Position numbers and translations under genes: made by a program
DNA from: Octopus vulgaris
Taxonomy: Eukaryota
Reading direction: 5' to 3'
Assembly: GCA_951406725.2 (NCBI GenBank)
Contig: OX597829.1
Span: 18,662,001-18,726,000 of the forward strand
DNA length: 64,000 nt
The notes under the pieces: generated by a model
Database searches by the model: none
What the model was told of the DNA's origin: nothing
The model's input: the letters and a program-made list of their open reading frames with translations, nothing else
In this document: one piece after another, positions 49,883-62,679 of the stretch
How positions within the stretch are numbered: the stretch's first letter is position 1
How the letters are laid out: every line of letters starts with the position of its first letter

Positions 49883-50187
49883 TGTTGTTGTTGTTGTTGA
49901 CAGTAGGTGTGGCTGATTTTAATAATTGCTGATGGGTGTTTCAGGTTTTCAGTGAAGGACTTCTTGGAAACTTACTTGTATACAACTAATACTGACCTCT
50001 TTATGGTTTTTTTCTTCTAAAACTTAAGTCTCAAAACTGGCTAATATTACATCGTGTGTGTGTTTGTGTTTGTATGGGTGTGTGTTTATGTGTGTGTGTT
50101 TATGTGCATGCGTGTGTTTTGTTTGCATTAGGCTGAGGGCGTTGTTTTTATTATTACTATTATTATTATTATAATCATTATTATTAC

Positions 50188-50235
<48 letters not shown>

Positions 50236-50466
50236 ACCGTTGAGCTGGCAGAATTGTTAGCACATTGGGCAAAATGCTTAGTGGTATTTCGCCTATCCTT
50301 ATGTTATGACTTCAAATTGGTGCGAAACTTTGCTTTTCATTCTTTCAGGGTCAATGAAATAAATACCAGTTGAGCACTGGGGTTGATAAAATTGTCCTTA
50401 CTCAGGTCCCAACCTTGCTGGCCTTGTACCAAAATTTGAAGCTATTATTATTATTATTATTATTAA

Positions 50467-50543
<77 letters not shown>

Positions 50544-50789
50544 GCAGTAAAGAAGAATGCAACTGTTATCAAATGAACGATATGAACCTGTGGAAGACAC
50601 ACAAGATATTGAAATATTGTTCACTTGATAACAGTTGCCCTTTTCTTTATTGTTTCTTTACTTTTTGGAGGAGTAACCTCAATCGTATAAATATTGTTAT
50701 TGTTGTTGTTATTGTCATCATCATCATCATCATTATTATTATTGTTATTATTATTATTATTATTACTAAAAGCTGACTACTCTCACCCA

Positions 50790-51950
50790 GAAATGGGCCT
50801 TGAGGAAGCTATCCCTGAAAGGTTGGGTAGAGGAGGCTAACATGTACATCACGTCCGTCATCTACTACAACTTGACCATCATGCTTTGTCCAGTCACCAT
50901 CTAATTACATTGGAGCAGATACTCTTCTGCCTCATGTGAAAAGGACATGTCTTGATGGTCAGGCAGTCTATCTACTGTGTGGTGGCCTAGGCATGCTGTG
51001 GTTAATGATGCGCTAAGGCTATAACATCCCCAGTGCTTCCTTGACAGTGAAGAGATATGGTCATCATTCCCCAGACACGTATTTCCCTGGCTCCTCTCTT
51101 TAACAGAGCTGCTGTCCTGGGTCTAACAGAAACCAAGAGAACACATTTGGAAAGTGGAATGTCTTTGTGCACTTACAGCCTTCAGCCAGTCAGACACTGC
51201 GATAGGTGGAACATCTACTTTAGCTTTCTATAGAGAATTAGTGGAGGGAAAGTGCAAAACCTTCTTGAGAAAACGTTGGAGGTCTTTTGGCCTGGGACCA
51301 ATGGATAACTTCCAAAAATCTCTGGCCTGGCAGTGCTACCAGGGAGTTTTGCCCTGTTCAAGATAAGCTACACAGGCATGGAAGTGCCATCAGTCAAGCA
51401 TGTCTGAGATGTGCACAGGATGATGAGACGGTCCTGCATGCACTCGTCCAGAGTCCAAGCATTGCTGACCTGTGGGTTTATGTTGAACACCTGCTGTCAT
51501 GTGCAGGACAGATCTGGCTGTCAACTGAATCCATTGTGAAAATCACCCTACTGCCTTCCTTTAACCAGGAAGGGCAGATTGTCTTTATATGATTGGTGGT
51601 CATGGCAAAAGAGATTGTATGGTAGATGAGACTAAAGGGCCTGAAGACAAACACTTTTTCTTTTTGATCAACTTCAAGTTTCACTTGAAAAGGAAAATAA
51701 GGGTAGAGAGAGAAGTGATGTCTTCTAGCCTGTTTGCTGAAAGGTGGACGAAAGTGGCAAGAATGGTGTGAGTGAATGAGCCTGCCCTGAGCATATGCCT
51801 GTAGTTGGAGAAAAGGAAAGAAAGAAAAGCACCTGCCCCAAAAGTCAGGGTACCCATGGTTTTTATGCAGTTTTTCCATCAAACGTCTCCTCTCTAATGA
51901 GGATTACACATTGGTGATTTATTTTTTTTACATTATGTTAATCTTGTTTA
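50790..51950 (+). mobile_element. Tx1/L1-clade LINE 3' remnant
   Basis: NFQKSLAWQCY..LPVQDKL...CLRCAQDDETVLHAL...LW (zf-RVT-like C-terminus), frameshifted. Confidence 0.7.
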
Positions 51951-52219
51951 AACACATTTGGCCTTCTACCAAAATTTGAGAAAGGCAGTGGTGTGAGCTG
52001 GCAGAATTGTTAGCACACTGGGTGAAATGCTTAGCATTATTTCATCTGCCACTATGTTCTGAGTTCAAATTCTGCTGAGGCTGACTTTAACTTTCATCCT
52101 TTCAGGGTTGAGTACTGAGGGTCAGTCCTTCTCCCCACTGATCGACAGTCCTCCTCCCCTCAAAATTCAGGCCTTGTGCCTATAGTAGAGAGGATTATTA
52201 TTGTTGTTGTTATTGTTGC

Positions 52220-52270
<51 letters not shown>

Positions 52271-52299
52271 CATTATTATCATCATCATCATCTTTATTC

Positions 52300-52625
52300 T
52301 TTTTAACTCAGGTTGGGACTCCTGGAGTCTTGCATGCATAGCAGGCTTGCTACCTGCAGCCTACGGTACCATGCTATCTGCTCTTTTTAACTATCTAATA
52401 CTTTCCTGGTGATTCTGGCTGTACCAGGGAGGCAAACCGTTTGTAACAATTCTACTGGGGATTCTACCCTCCCCCCATTTCCTTTATATTCATCTTGAAG
52501 CCTTTTAATATTGTCTCCAAGGAACCAACAATAATTGGCACTCTCTTCACTTTCTTCATTTTCCATAGCTGTGCTATTTTGCCTTCCTTCTTGACTATTC
52601 ATGGATCAGAGATGTACTCAGCATC
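52300..52625 (-). mobile_element. R4/Dong-clade LINE 3' fragment
   Basis: ...VELLQTVCLPGTARITRKVLDS* followed by a short UTR and an (AAT/GAT)n tract. Confidence 0.7.
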
Positions 52626-53159
52626 AACTATATATCATATTATTATTGTTGTTGTTGTTGCAGTTGTTGTTATTATTGCTATGTTCTAAGTTCAAATTTT
52701 GCTGAGGTCGACTTTGCCTTTTATCCTTTCAGGGTTGATAAGTTAAGTACCAGTGAAACACTGGGGTCGGTGTAATCAAAACATCCCCTCTCCCAAAATG
52801 GCTGCCCTTGTGGCAAAATTTGAAACCATTATTGTTGTTGTTGTTGCTGCTGCTGCTGCTACTGTTGTTGTTGTTGTTGTTGCTGCTGCTGTTGTTGTTG
52901 TTGTTGTCGCTGCTGCTGCTGCTGTTGTTGTTGTTGTTGTTAAGGCAGCAAGCTGGCAGAATCGTTAGCACGTCGGACCAAATGCTTAGTTAGTTGTATT
53001 TCATCTGCCACTATGGTCTGAGTTCAAATTCCGCCAAATTCACTTTACCTTTCTTCTTGTCAGGATGGATAAATTAAATACCAGTGAAACAATGAGGGTC
53101 GATGTAATCAACTAGTACACTCCCCCAAAATTTCAGGCCTTGTGCCTTTAGTAGAAAGG

Positions 53160-53243
53160 ATTATTATTATAATTATTATTATTATTATTATTATTATTAT
53201 CATCATCATCATCATCATCATTATTATTATTATCATCATCATT

Positions 53244-53287
<44 letters not shown>

Positions 53288-53399
53288 TATTATTATTATT
53301 ATCGTTATTATTATTATTATTATTATTTATTGTCATTATTATTATCATTATTACTATTATTATTATTATTATTATTATTATTATCATTTATCATTACTA

Positions 53400-53443
<44 letters not shown>
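53160..53443. repeat. (ATT)n/(ATC)n compound microsatellite
   Basis: Direct reading. Confidence 0.95.
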
Positions 53444-53445
<2 letters not shown>

Positions 53446-53639
53446 CAGGAGTTATGATTTTATTTTTTTTATTACATACTTTCCCTGCCCTACCAAGCGC
53501 AACTCTGTGTGCTTTAGAGTATGTGCTGTGGTTTGTTTTGGTGTTATTATTTTCACTGTATTTAAAGTGCTCTACACAGGATGCATGCTGTTCTTAGCAG
53601 TGTTATTTTCTGTATGTTGTATATACATTCATAAGTATA

Positions 53640-54298
53640 GGCGCGGAGTGGCTGTGTGGTAAGTAGCTTGCTTACCAACCACATGGTTCCGGGTTCAGTC
53701 CCACTGCGTGGCATCTTGGGCAAGTGTCTTCTGCTATAGCCTCGGGCCGACCAAAGCCTTGTGAGTGGATTTGGTAGACAGAAACTGAAAGAAGCCTGTC
53801 GTATATATCATCATCATCATCATTTAACGTCCGCTTTCCATGCTAGCATGGGTTGGACGGTTCAACTGGGGTCTGGGGAGCCCGAAGGCTGCACCAGGCC
53901 AGTCAGATCTGGCAGTGTTTCTACAGCTGGATGCCCTTCCTAACGCCAACCACTCCGAGAGTGTAGTGGGTGATTTTATGTGCCACCGACACAGGTGCCA
54001 GACGAGGCTGGCGAACGGCCACGGTCGGATGGTATTTTTATGTGCCACTGACACAGGTGCCAATATATATGTATGTGTGTGTATATGTTTGTGTGTCTGT
54101 GTTTGTCCCCCCTAGCATTGCTTGACAACCGATGCTGGTGTGTTTATGTCCCCGTCACTTAGCGGTTCGGCAAAAGAGACTGATAGAATAAGTACTGGGC
54201 TTACAAAGAATAAGTCCCAGGGTCGATTTGCTCGACTAAAGGCGGTGCTGCAGCATGGCCGCAGTCAAATGACTGAAACAAGTAAAAGAGTAAAGAGT
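53640..54298 (+). mobile_element. SINE family A with an RTE 3' fragment (53808-54062, -) inserted in its central (TA)n
   Basis: Both SINE halves are intact on either side of the RTE piece. Confidence 0.9.
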
Positions 54299-54737
54299 AT
54301 ATATATGTGAATGTGTATGTATGTCCTGGGTTTGAGTTTAAGCTTCATTTGTAGTGAGGCTGTGGTTGTGAGAGTTCCGGGCGTTTGAGCAGAGTGGAAC
54401 CCCAATCTTAGCCACTATTCTTCCCAGATCTATTCTGACCCTTAATAGTAGCTCCTGTTAGGGTCCCAGCTATGGGTTAACTAGCACGTGACCGACTGGG
54501 AGCGAAAGGCCCTTAGTTGTAGTTAGATCTTCCTTCTAAGAGAAGGAAAGAAAACCTGAAGTGTAGTTGGTTTCTGGTTGTCTCTACTTCTTTTGTACCA
54601 TTGGTTTTGTTGCGCTGTGGGTTGATCAGCGTACCGAAGGAGTTACTCTTTGACCAAAGACAGGTCGATTCCCCCCACCGCCTCCCCACACTCACCAAAA
54701 ACAAAAGTTAAGAAAGTTATTTGGCTTCACGCATTTA

Positions 54738-55124
54738 TCTTTATATATAAAAGTGAAGTTGTGTGTCTGTCTCCTACGATTTAGATTCCTAACTACTCCC
54801 ACATTTTGCGGTGCAGTGTAACCAAAAGCGGGTATCTTATAGTCGTGATTCATATCGAGCCCTTCTGGGTATTAGCGCGCGTCTACGATTTAAAAAATAA
54901 TTTACCATCATTTTTTTCCATTTTGATGCATTTTTTCACTATTATATAAGGGAAGTAACTCTCTAAAAATGTCTACGATGTGTCAACGATTTAAAAAAAA
55001 ATTTACCATCATTTGTTTTCCATTTTTAATGCATTTTTTTGCTATTTTTGGGCTATAACTCTCTAAAAATGTTTATATAGTTATTTCCCTTTCAAACCCG
55101 AGCAACGCCGGGCGATACTGCTAG
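54738..55124 (+). mobile_element. Non-autonomous Helitron (best-preserved copy)
   Basis: A|TC start; subterminal hairpin CCCGagcaacgcCGGG at 55097-55112; CTAG|T end; no TSD; internal ~100-bp direct repeat. Confidence 0.85.
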
Positions 55125-55312
55125 TATTCTTCATAATTAAATTAGGTCAAGCTAAAATTTGACCCATGAATAACTCAAAAAGGTCGAAGAGGTCAGCTTA
55201 TTCTTGTTAATTCTTTAGTACAAAAAGTGAGAACAGTTGGCCAAGGACTTATTTGAAACTGTGGATTCAATTTCGAATCCTGACTTAGGTATTCCATAAC
55301 TGTTTGCTACTT

Positions 55313-55540
55313 ATACGTACGTACATACATACATACATACATACATACATACATACATACATACATACATACATACATACATACATACATACATACAGAC
55401 ATACATACATACATACATACATACATACATACATACATACATACATACATACATACATACATACATACATACATACATACATACATACATACATACATAC
55501 ATACATACATACATACATACATACAGACATACATACATAC

Positions 55541-55571
<31 letters not shown>

Positions 55572-55572
55572 C

Positions 55573-55604
<32 letters not shown>

Positions 55605-55675
55605 GTATGTATGTATATACAAACGTATGTATGTATGTATGTATATACAAACGTATGTATGTATATATATATATA
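55313..55675. repeat. (TACA)n microsatellite switching to (TATG)n
   Basis: Direct reading. Confidence 0.95.
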
Positions 55676-55838
55676 GGCGTAGGAGTGGCTGTGTGGTAAG
55701 TAGCTTGTTTACCAACCACATGGTCATGGGTTCAGTTGCACTGCGTGGTACTTTGGGCAAGTGTCTTCTACTATAGCCTCGGGCTGACCAAAGCCTTGTG
55801 AGTGGATTTGGTAGACGGAAACTGAAAGAAGCCCGTCG

Positions 55839-55873
<35 letters not shown>

Positions 55874-56080
55874 CTGTGTTTGTCCCCCCAACATCGCTTG
55901 ACAACTGATGCTGGTGTGTTTACGTCCCCGTAACCTAGCGGTTCGGCAAAAGAGACCGATAGAATAAGTACTAGGCTTACAAGGAATAAGTCCTGGGGTC
56001 GATTTGCTCGACTAAAAAAGGCGGTGCTCCAGCATGGCCGCAGTCAAATGACTGAAGCAAGTAAAAGAATAAAAGAAAAG
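55676..56080 (+). mobile_element. SINE family A
   Basis: Full-length, low divergence. Confidence 0.9.
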
Positions 56081-57332
56081 AATATATGAGGCTGAAATGA
56101 TTAAGACTCTACTCTCTAGAACAAAGGCGGGAAAGATATGCAGTGATATACTTCTAGAAAATCCGAAATAGACTTAGTACTAAACTTTGGCATCGAAAGT
56201 TACACAAACAGCAGAATGCCACACCCCACCACTACCACCACATGCACAGTACCAAAAATCCCAACATTTTAGATAGATAGATAGATAGATAGAGAGATAT
56301 ATTGATTTACATTTACTGCCCTGCTGTCCTTCTAGTTGTTACTGTTTCAACTGAGCTCTACATACACTGTCATATTGTGCAGCTCAAACACAAAATTGAT
56401 TACCTCCCCCTGTTCTGGCTTCTCTTCATCATGTGAGTTTCGAATCCTGTTTTGACAATGACTCCTTCTGTATCTTTAAATTTTGGCCTATTTTTCTGAT
56501 TGATGTTATTGAGTACATGAAATTCATTATAAATATGTATCATTAATTAAACTAATTGTTTGTTTAAAACAGTGAAATAAAACCCAGTTATTTGAAGTTT
56601 TATAATTCAGTTTTCGAGATTACACACACACGTGCACGCACATACATATACATACGCTTATATATATATATGTTTGTGTATGTCTATATGTATGTGTATA
56701 TGTATGTGTATGCACGTGCATACACACACACACACGCACACACACACACACAAAGATATATAGGGACTCCATTATCCAATATATTTCCTGTTTTTAAAAG
56801 AATAGGTTATGATTTCACTGGGGGAATGAATTACTGTATCATGTTAGTTAAGTGATCATGTGACCACATTGAGGCTCTCTTATTGGCTCATGGAAACCTA
56901 CCTTTATTGTGCATCTGGGAAATTTCAAAGAGGAAGTGTTAAACTGAATGGGAAAGCATTGAGAGTGGAATACAAGAACACGAGAGGTATGGGAAATGTA
57001 GAAATGTTTACATTCTGTTCTTTGGTTAAGCCAGAGCAGTGTTTGATTACACACACAGCATAATATAAGCATGGCAAAAATCAAATTAGCAAAACAAACT
57101 GCAACAGTTTGGAAATGGGTGGTAGGCTAATCGCAAGATGTCACCAAACTATTGCACTATTGCATGTAATCAACCTCTTGTGAAAGAAGCAAAAATGTTC
57201 TACTTTCAGAAATCTGCAACAAAAATTGCAGTAGTTAATTTGATAGTGAAGGCTACCAGAGAAGCAAATGATCCAAATAATATTCTTATTACTGAATCAA
57301 ACACAATGCAAGAGAAGATATATATACATACA

Positions 57333-57426
<94 letters not shown>

Positions 57427-59162
57427 TACATACATACATAGAGAGAGATAGAGAAGGGAAGTACCATAATAAATAGCAACAGCTCAAAAAGATATCAGGA
57501 TACACAGAAAGAAAAAAACACAAAAGCAGCTATTCTGGCATAACTAGGAATTATCTTGGATTCAGACAAACACCAAGAGGTTGCTGAACTATGCCAAAAA
57601 GAATGTTAACAAAAGAAAAGAAACAAAGATGTTTGAAGAAATTGCTGAGGGAAGCAAGAAGAAGGAATGCTCCGGGAATCGTAACACTTTCAAATAAGGT
57701 CTGTTGGAATAGTCAGAAACGAAATTGTCGACAGAGATAAAAAAAAAAAAAAAATAGAAAAGGAAAAAAAGGCAGGATCAGGGGGTGTATTCATTCGCAA
57801 AAAAAAAAAACAATGTAGAGGTGGAGTGGTGTCAGTGTGTGTATAAGGGAGAGGTGGTGGTGGGAACATGGTGGAAACAAACCTAAGTCAAATAACATGC
57901 TTTCCAGGAGGACAAGTTGCTAACATTTGCAAAGCAGAACTTGTAGCGTTAGGAGAAGCATGTTGCATGTGTGTGTGTGTGTGGTCATCATCATCATCAT
58001 CATCATCACCACCACCACCACCACCACACCATTGTTATAATTATCATCACCACCACTGTCGTCATCAATATCACCACCATTGTCATCATCATCATCATCT
58101 CCACCACCATTATCATTGTCATCATCATCACCATCATCATGATCATCATCATCATCATCATGATCATCATCATCATCATTGTTTCAGCATTCACTTTTCC
58201 ACGATTATATGGGTCAGATTGAGTTTATTGGATGCAGTGCTGGTGGCATGTAAAAAGCATCCACTACACTCTTGGAGTGGTTGGCATTAGGAAGGGCATC
58301 CAACTCTAGAAACTCTGCCAGATCAGACTGGAGCCTGGTGCAGCCGCTGGCTCTCCAGACCTCAGTCGAACCATCCAACCTATGCCAGCATGGAAAGCAG
58401 ACACTAAACGATGATGATGCCCTTCCCATCACCAACCATCGCCTGTTTCCAGGCAAGGTTAATATTTCTCCATGGTTGGAGATATTCTTTCAGAATACTG
58501 GAAATGAACGATACTGGTTATGCTTCTACAATACGTCAAATATTTTAAACATTTTTTTAATAATATAATCCTTAATGATATTTAATTATAAAAACAACAA
58601 CAGCATTTTTCAAACATCAAATGGCTATGAGGATCCAAATAGGAATCAGTGGGAGTCCACTAGCAAAAATTGGTTGGGAACTACTGATTTTAAGGATGAA
58701 GAACAAAACAAGTTGCCTTCCTTTACAACCTTGATATCAACTGGGTGGCTGATCAGAATTTACTCTAAGTTAAGAAGAAAAAGAGATGAACACACACAGA
58801 CAGACAGACACACACACATCATATCATTTGTACCCATTATCATAGATGCACTGGGCTGTGTAACAATAGATTTGCATAAATGTTTAGAAATGCTGGGTTT
58901 CTCCAACACAGAATGGAGCAAATGGAATTGCATTTCAGCAAATGCAATTGATTAGAGATATGATAAAAACTGGTGAAACATTACAAGGATTCTCTGTTGG
59001 AGGTTTCTGGGTGACCACATGCACACACATAGTTATATGCTACATAGGTGCAGGAGTGGCTGTGTGGTAAGTAGCTTGCTTACCAACCACATGGTTCCGG
59101 GTTCAGTTCCACTCCATGGCACCTTGGGCAAGATTCCTCTACTGTAGCCTCGGGCCAACCAA

Positions 59163-59419
59163 TAGGGCTCAGTGCAGTGATTTGCTCAGGGACCTCATGA
59201 GTATTGGAGCCCAATTCTGATCTATGTATGCTGTGATTTGCTGTCAATAAATAAATACTGTAGGGCCCAGTGCAGTGTATTGCCTAAGGGCCTCATGAGT
59301 GTAGGGGCCCAATTCTGATTTATGTATGTTGTGATTTGCAGTTCAGAAATAAATACTATTGAGGCTCAGAGCTTGATTTTCCTGAGATGGAATGTCATAA
59401 TATAGCTAAGATAGCCCTG
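59163..59419. mobile_element. hAT-like MITE end with ~98-bp internal tandem repeat
   Basis: Units at 59163-59260 and 59261-59359 plus a partial third; ends gctaagatagccctg (reverse complement CAGGG...). Confidence 0.5.
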
Positions 59420-59454
59420 CAAATGAATATATATGGCCTACTAAAAATAGATGC

Positions 59455-59717
59455 CATCATCATCATCATTGTTTGACCGTGGTCGAGACAATGGAATTTA
59501 CCATGCTACGCCAGACTTCACGGTCCATCATGGCATTACGGAGGTCCTGTTGCTGGATGCCTGTATCCCTGGAGATTACATCAGGGTAGGAGAGTGTGCG
59601 CCCTCTGGTATTGCGAGTAGATGGCTTCCAGAGGAGGAGAGTAGAAATTACCTCTTTTTCAGCTCTACAACAATGTCCAGAAAACTGGACTTTCTTACCT
59701 TTCACAAGAGATGACAC
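59455..59717 (-). mobile_element. RTE-group LINE 3' end (second family)
   Basis: QFSGHCCRAEKEVISTLLLWKP...RGRTLSYPDVISRDTG...AMMDREVWR and (GAT)n tail. Confidence 0.8.
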
Positions 59718-60737
59718 AGGTGGTAGTTTCCCTCAAAACTCACTAATATTTAAAAAACAAAGAGAAGGACATATTGTACAACATGGTTTTAGATATAGGG
59801 AAAGACGAAATGGGTCATGATCAGAAATGTCTTTGATTGGATGGTCAAGTGGTCCGGCTACCCAACTAAGGCTCACTTGGGGATTTAGCAGCAATAGTAA
59901 CAGTATTAGTAGCAACCACACCACCATTGTCACTGCTGCTACCACCATTGCTACCACTGACACAACCACTAGCACCACCACCACCACCACAATTGCAACA
60001 AGAATAATACTACAACAACAACCATCACCATTACCACCACCATCACCACCACCATCATCACTGTCCTCATCCCCCCATCATGACCACTATCATTACCATC
60101 ATCACCATCACCACTTCCCCCTCTACCCCCATCGTCATCACCACTGTCATTACCACCACCACCACAACCATTACCACCACCATTAATCAGCTCCACCACC
60201 ACTCTGATTTCACTTCTACTGCCACCACCACTAACATCACATGTAGGTCTGCATATATATATGCATGTGTACCTAAAAACTGTATCAATGTGTACCTCTA
60301 AATGTGTATGTATAATAAATAACATACACACCACAGAAACCCCTATTACTGCTCTGCAAGTCTAAAGCAAGGAAAACCCGAAAAAAAAAAGGGCCATGCT
60401 CCAATTCTATTAACATGATGCTCATCCACCCCACTGTCCACATACTCTCACCTCTCCTCATTACTGTTCCTTGCATCTCTTCTGCTGACTCCCTTGCATT
60501 CATTTTCTACCTGACTGTTGGCACTCTTTCTTTTTCTCTTTGTGTGGGTGTGTGTCTGTCTGTCTTTCTGTCTCTCTGTCGTCTCTCTCTCTCTCTCTCT
60601 TCCTCCTCACAGTCTGAAGGGTTTATCACTTTTGGAGTAACATACCACAAGCTTTTCTTCTCTTCTTTTATTCTTTCAATTGTTTCAGTCATTTTGACTG
60701 CGGTCATGCTGTAGTGCTGCCTTGAAGAGTTTTTTTT

Positions 60738-61331
60738 GGCACTTTCATGGTATTAGCTGTCAGGAGGAAAGTAAAAAAGTGTGACGTCAATCTGACGTCA
60801 CTTGTCCACCTTCGTTTGTTTCCGTATAACAAATGCGCTTTCATCTATCTCTACAATTCGGTTTGGCCCTCCGAGCTTAATGTTTTGTGCAACATAATAT
60901 TCTGCACATATATCACGGCATGTGTTGATATCCAAAGTGAACAACTTTGAATTACGCGCAGTTTCGATGGTGGTGGTGGTGATGGTGGTGATAGTGGTGG
61001 TCATTAGTGGTCATTGGTCGTGCTGATTGGTGTATGTGATCACGGTGGTGGTGGTGGTCATTTGTGCAGATTGGTGTGATTTCTTTTTAAAAACAATAAT
61101 GAATAATGCAAGAATATATTTATTTATTTATAAAGTTTAAACAGAACATGGAATGAAATGTATTTATTTATAAAATTTAAACTGAACTTTAATTGTTTTA
61201 TAAACCTAACAGCGTGGTGGTATGTAAATAAATGGTGTAAATTAACGAAGGTATAAACCTGACGTAAATACACGAAGTTGACGTCAGATTTTTCTACTTT
61301 CACTTCTGACAGCTAATACCATGACAGTGCC
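60738..61331 (-). mobile_element. Internally deleted Merlin (IS1016/ISXO2-like) DNA transposon nested in a SINE A
   Basis: ~53-bp TIRs GGCACT(T/G)TCATGGTATTAGCTGTCAG...TGACGTCAA; transposase remnant CRDICAEYY...LGGPNRIVEIDESAF; T-rich TSD-like flanks; SINE A continues on both sides (60660-60737 and from 61332). Confidence 0.85.
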
Positions 61332-61531
61332 ATTTTTTTTTAGTCGAACAAATCGCGCCTTCCCGCCTCCAGCAGCACTCATTTTTTTTTAAGCCTTGTA
61401 CTTATTCTATTGATCTCTTTTGCCAAACTGCTAAGTTACAGGGATGTAAACACACCAACACCAGTTGTTAAGTGGTGATAGGTGAACAAACACAGATGCA
61501 AATCACACACACATAAATAGATATACACACA

Positions 61532-61579
<48 letters not shown>

Positions 61580-61707
61580 ACATAAATATTATTACAATAC
61601 AATAATATTATTTTTCAGTGAAATAAAGCATTGCAAAGGTAGAATTATTGCTATAAATAGTTACTGACTGCTATTTCCAGCAAAATATGGTACCTTGTTG
61701 TGCCACT

Positions 61708-61806
<99 letters not shown>

Positions 61807-62149
61807 ATGGGCTCCTTTCAGTTTGTGTCTTCTAAAATCCACTCACAAGGCTTTGGTAGGCCTGAGGCTATAGAAGAAGATACTTGAACTACGTGCCACA
61901 TAGTGGGACTGAACTCAGAACCTTGTGGTAGGGAAGCAAGTTTCTTACCATACAGCCATGCCTGCACCTACTGATTAAATTATGAATCAGTACATATAAG
62001 ATGTGCATACATGTGCATGCATGTGTTTGTGTATGTATGTATGTATATGTGTGTATGCATATGTAAGAGAGAGAGAGTGTGTGTGTGTGTGTGTGTGTGT
62101 GTATCAATTCACCTTCTCCCCCCCCACACACACATAGAAATTCAGTTTT

Positions 62150-62470
62150 CCACATTGAGGAATTTGTGGAATGGCTGGCAGGGGCAAATGGAGTGCGGTG
62201 GTATGGGCATGTGTTGAGGAGGGATGAGGAGCATGTTCTGAGGAGGGTACTTGAGTTCGAGGTAAATGGACCGTGAAAGCAAGGTAGACAGAGGAAAATG
62301 TGGAGGAGACTGGTGGAAGAGGAGATTGGGAGGGTTGGCTTGAGAAGGGAGGATGCCCAAAACAGGGCAAGATGGTGTGAGGGCGGTTGCTATGGCATTG
62401 AAGTAGATCCAGCCACCCCTGACAAAACCCCGGATTTAAAACACTGGATGATGATGATGATGATGATGAC
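62150..62470 (+). mobile_element. RTE LINE 3' end (third family)
   Basis: VRWYGHVLRRDEEHVLRRVLEFEV...WRRLVEEE...DAQNRARW and (GAT)n tail. Confidence 0.85.
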
Positions 62471-62679
62471 ACTCATTCTTACCCGCCTCATCTCTCTCTT
62501 TTCTATATTCTTCCTACTTCTCTTTCCATAACTTTTTGCTGTGTGAAGTTTGGTAGACATGGTAACTTTATAATCATAATTTTTGTAATTTGATCCGAAA
62601 ATGTAATTTTTCACCTATCCTATATCCTAGTATGTCTTTATGTCTCTGGATTGCTTTACACTGTTGTGTATCTCCTTCT

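Noticed and set aside
54437-54513. Twister ribozyme resemblance (UAA-UAGU-AGC...GUCCCAGC...ACUA)
   Set aside because: Loop 4 is one base short of the GUNNCAAGC pattern, and the GAG plus P1 3' strand is absent
55285-55904. Long low-complexity ORFs (YVCM, TYIH, poly-I/L/H/N) here and at 30946, 42263, 53142, 57868 and 59827
   Set aside because: Microsatellite read-through
56860-57720. Short ORFs in unique-looking sequence
   Set aside because: No recognisable motif and no consistent splice-phase chain; probably a decayed element or non-coding DNA
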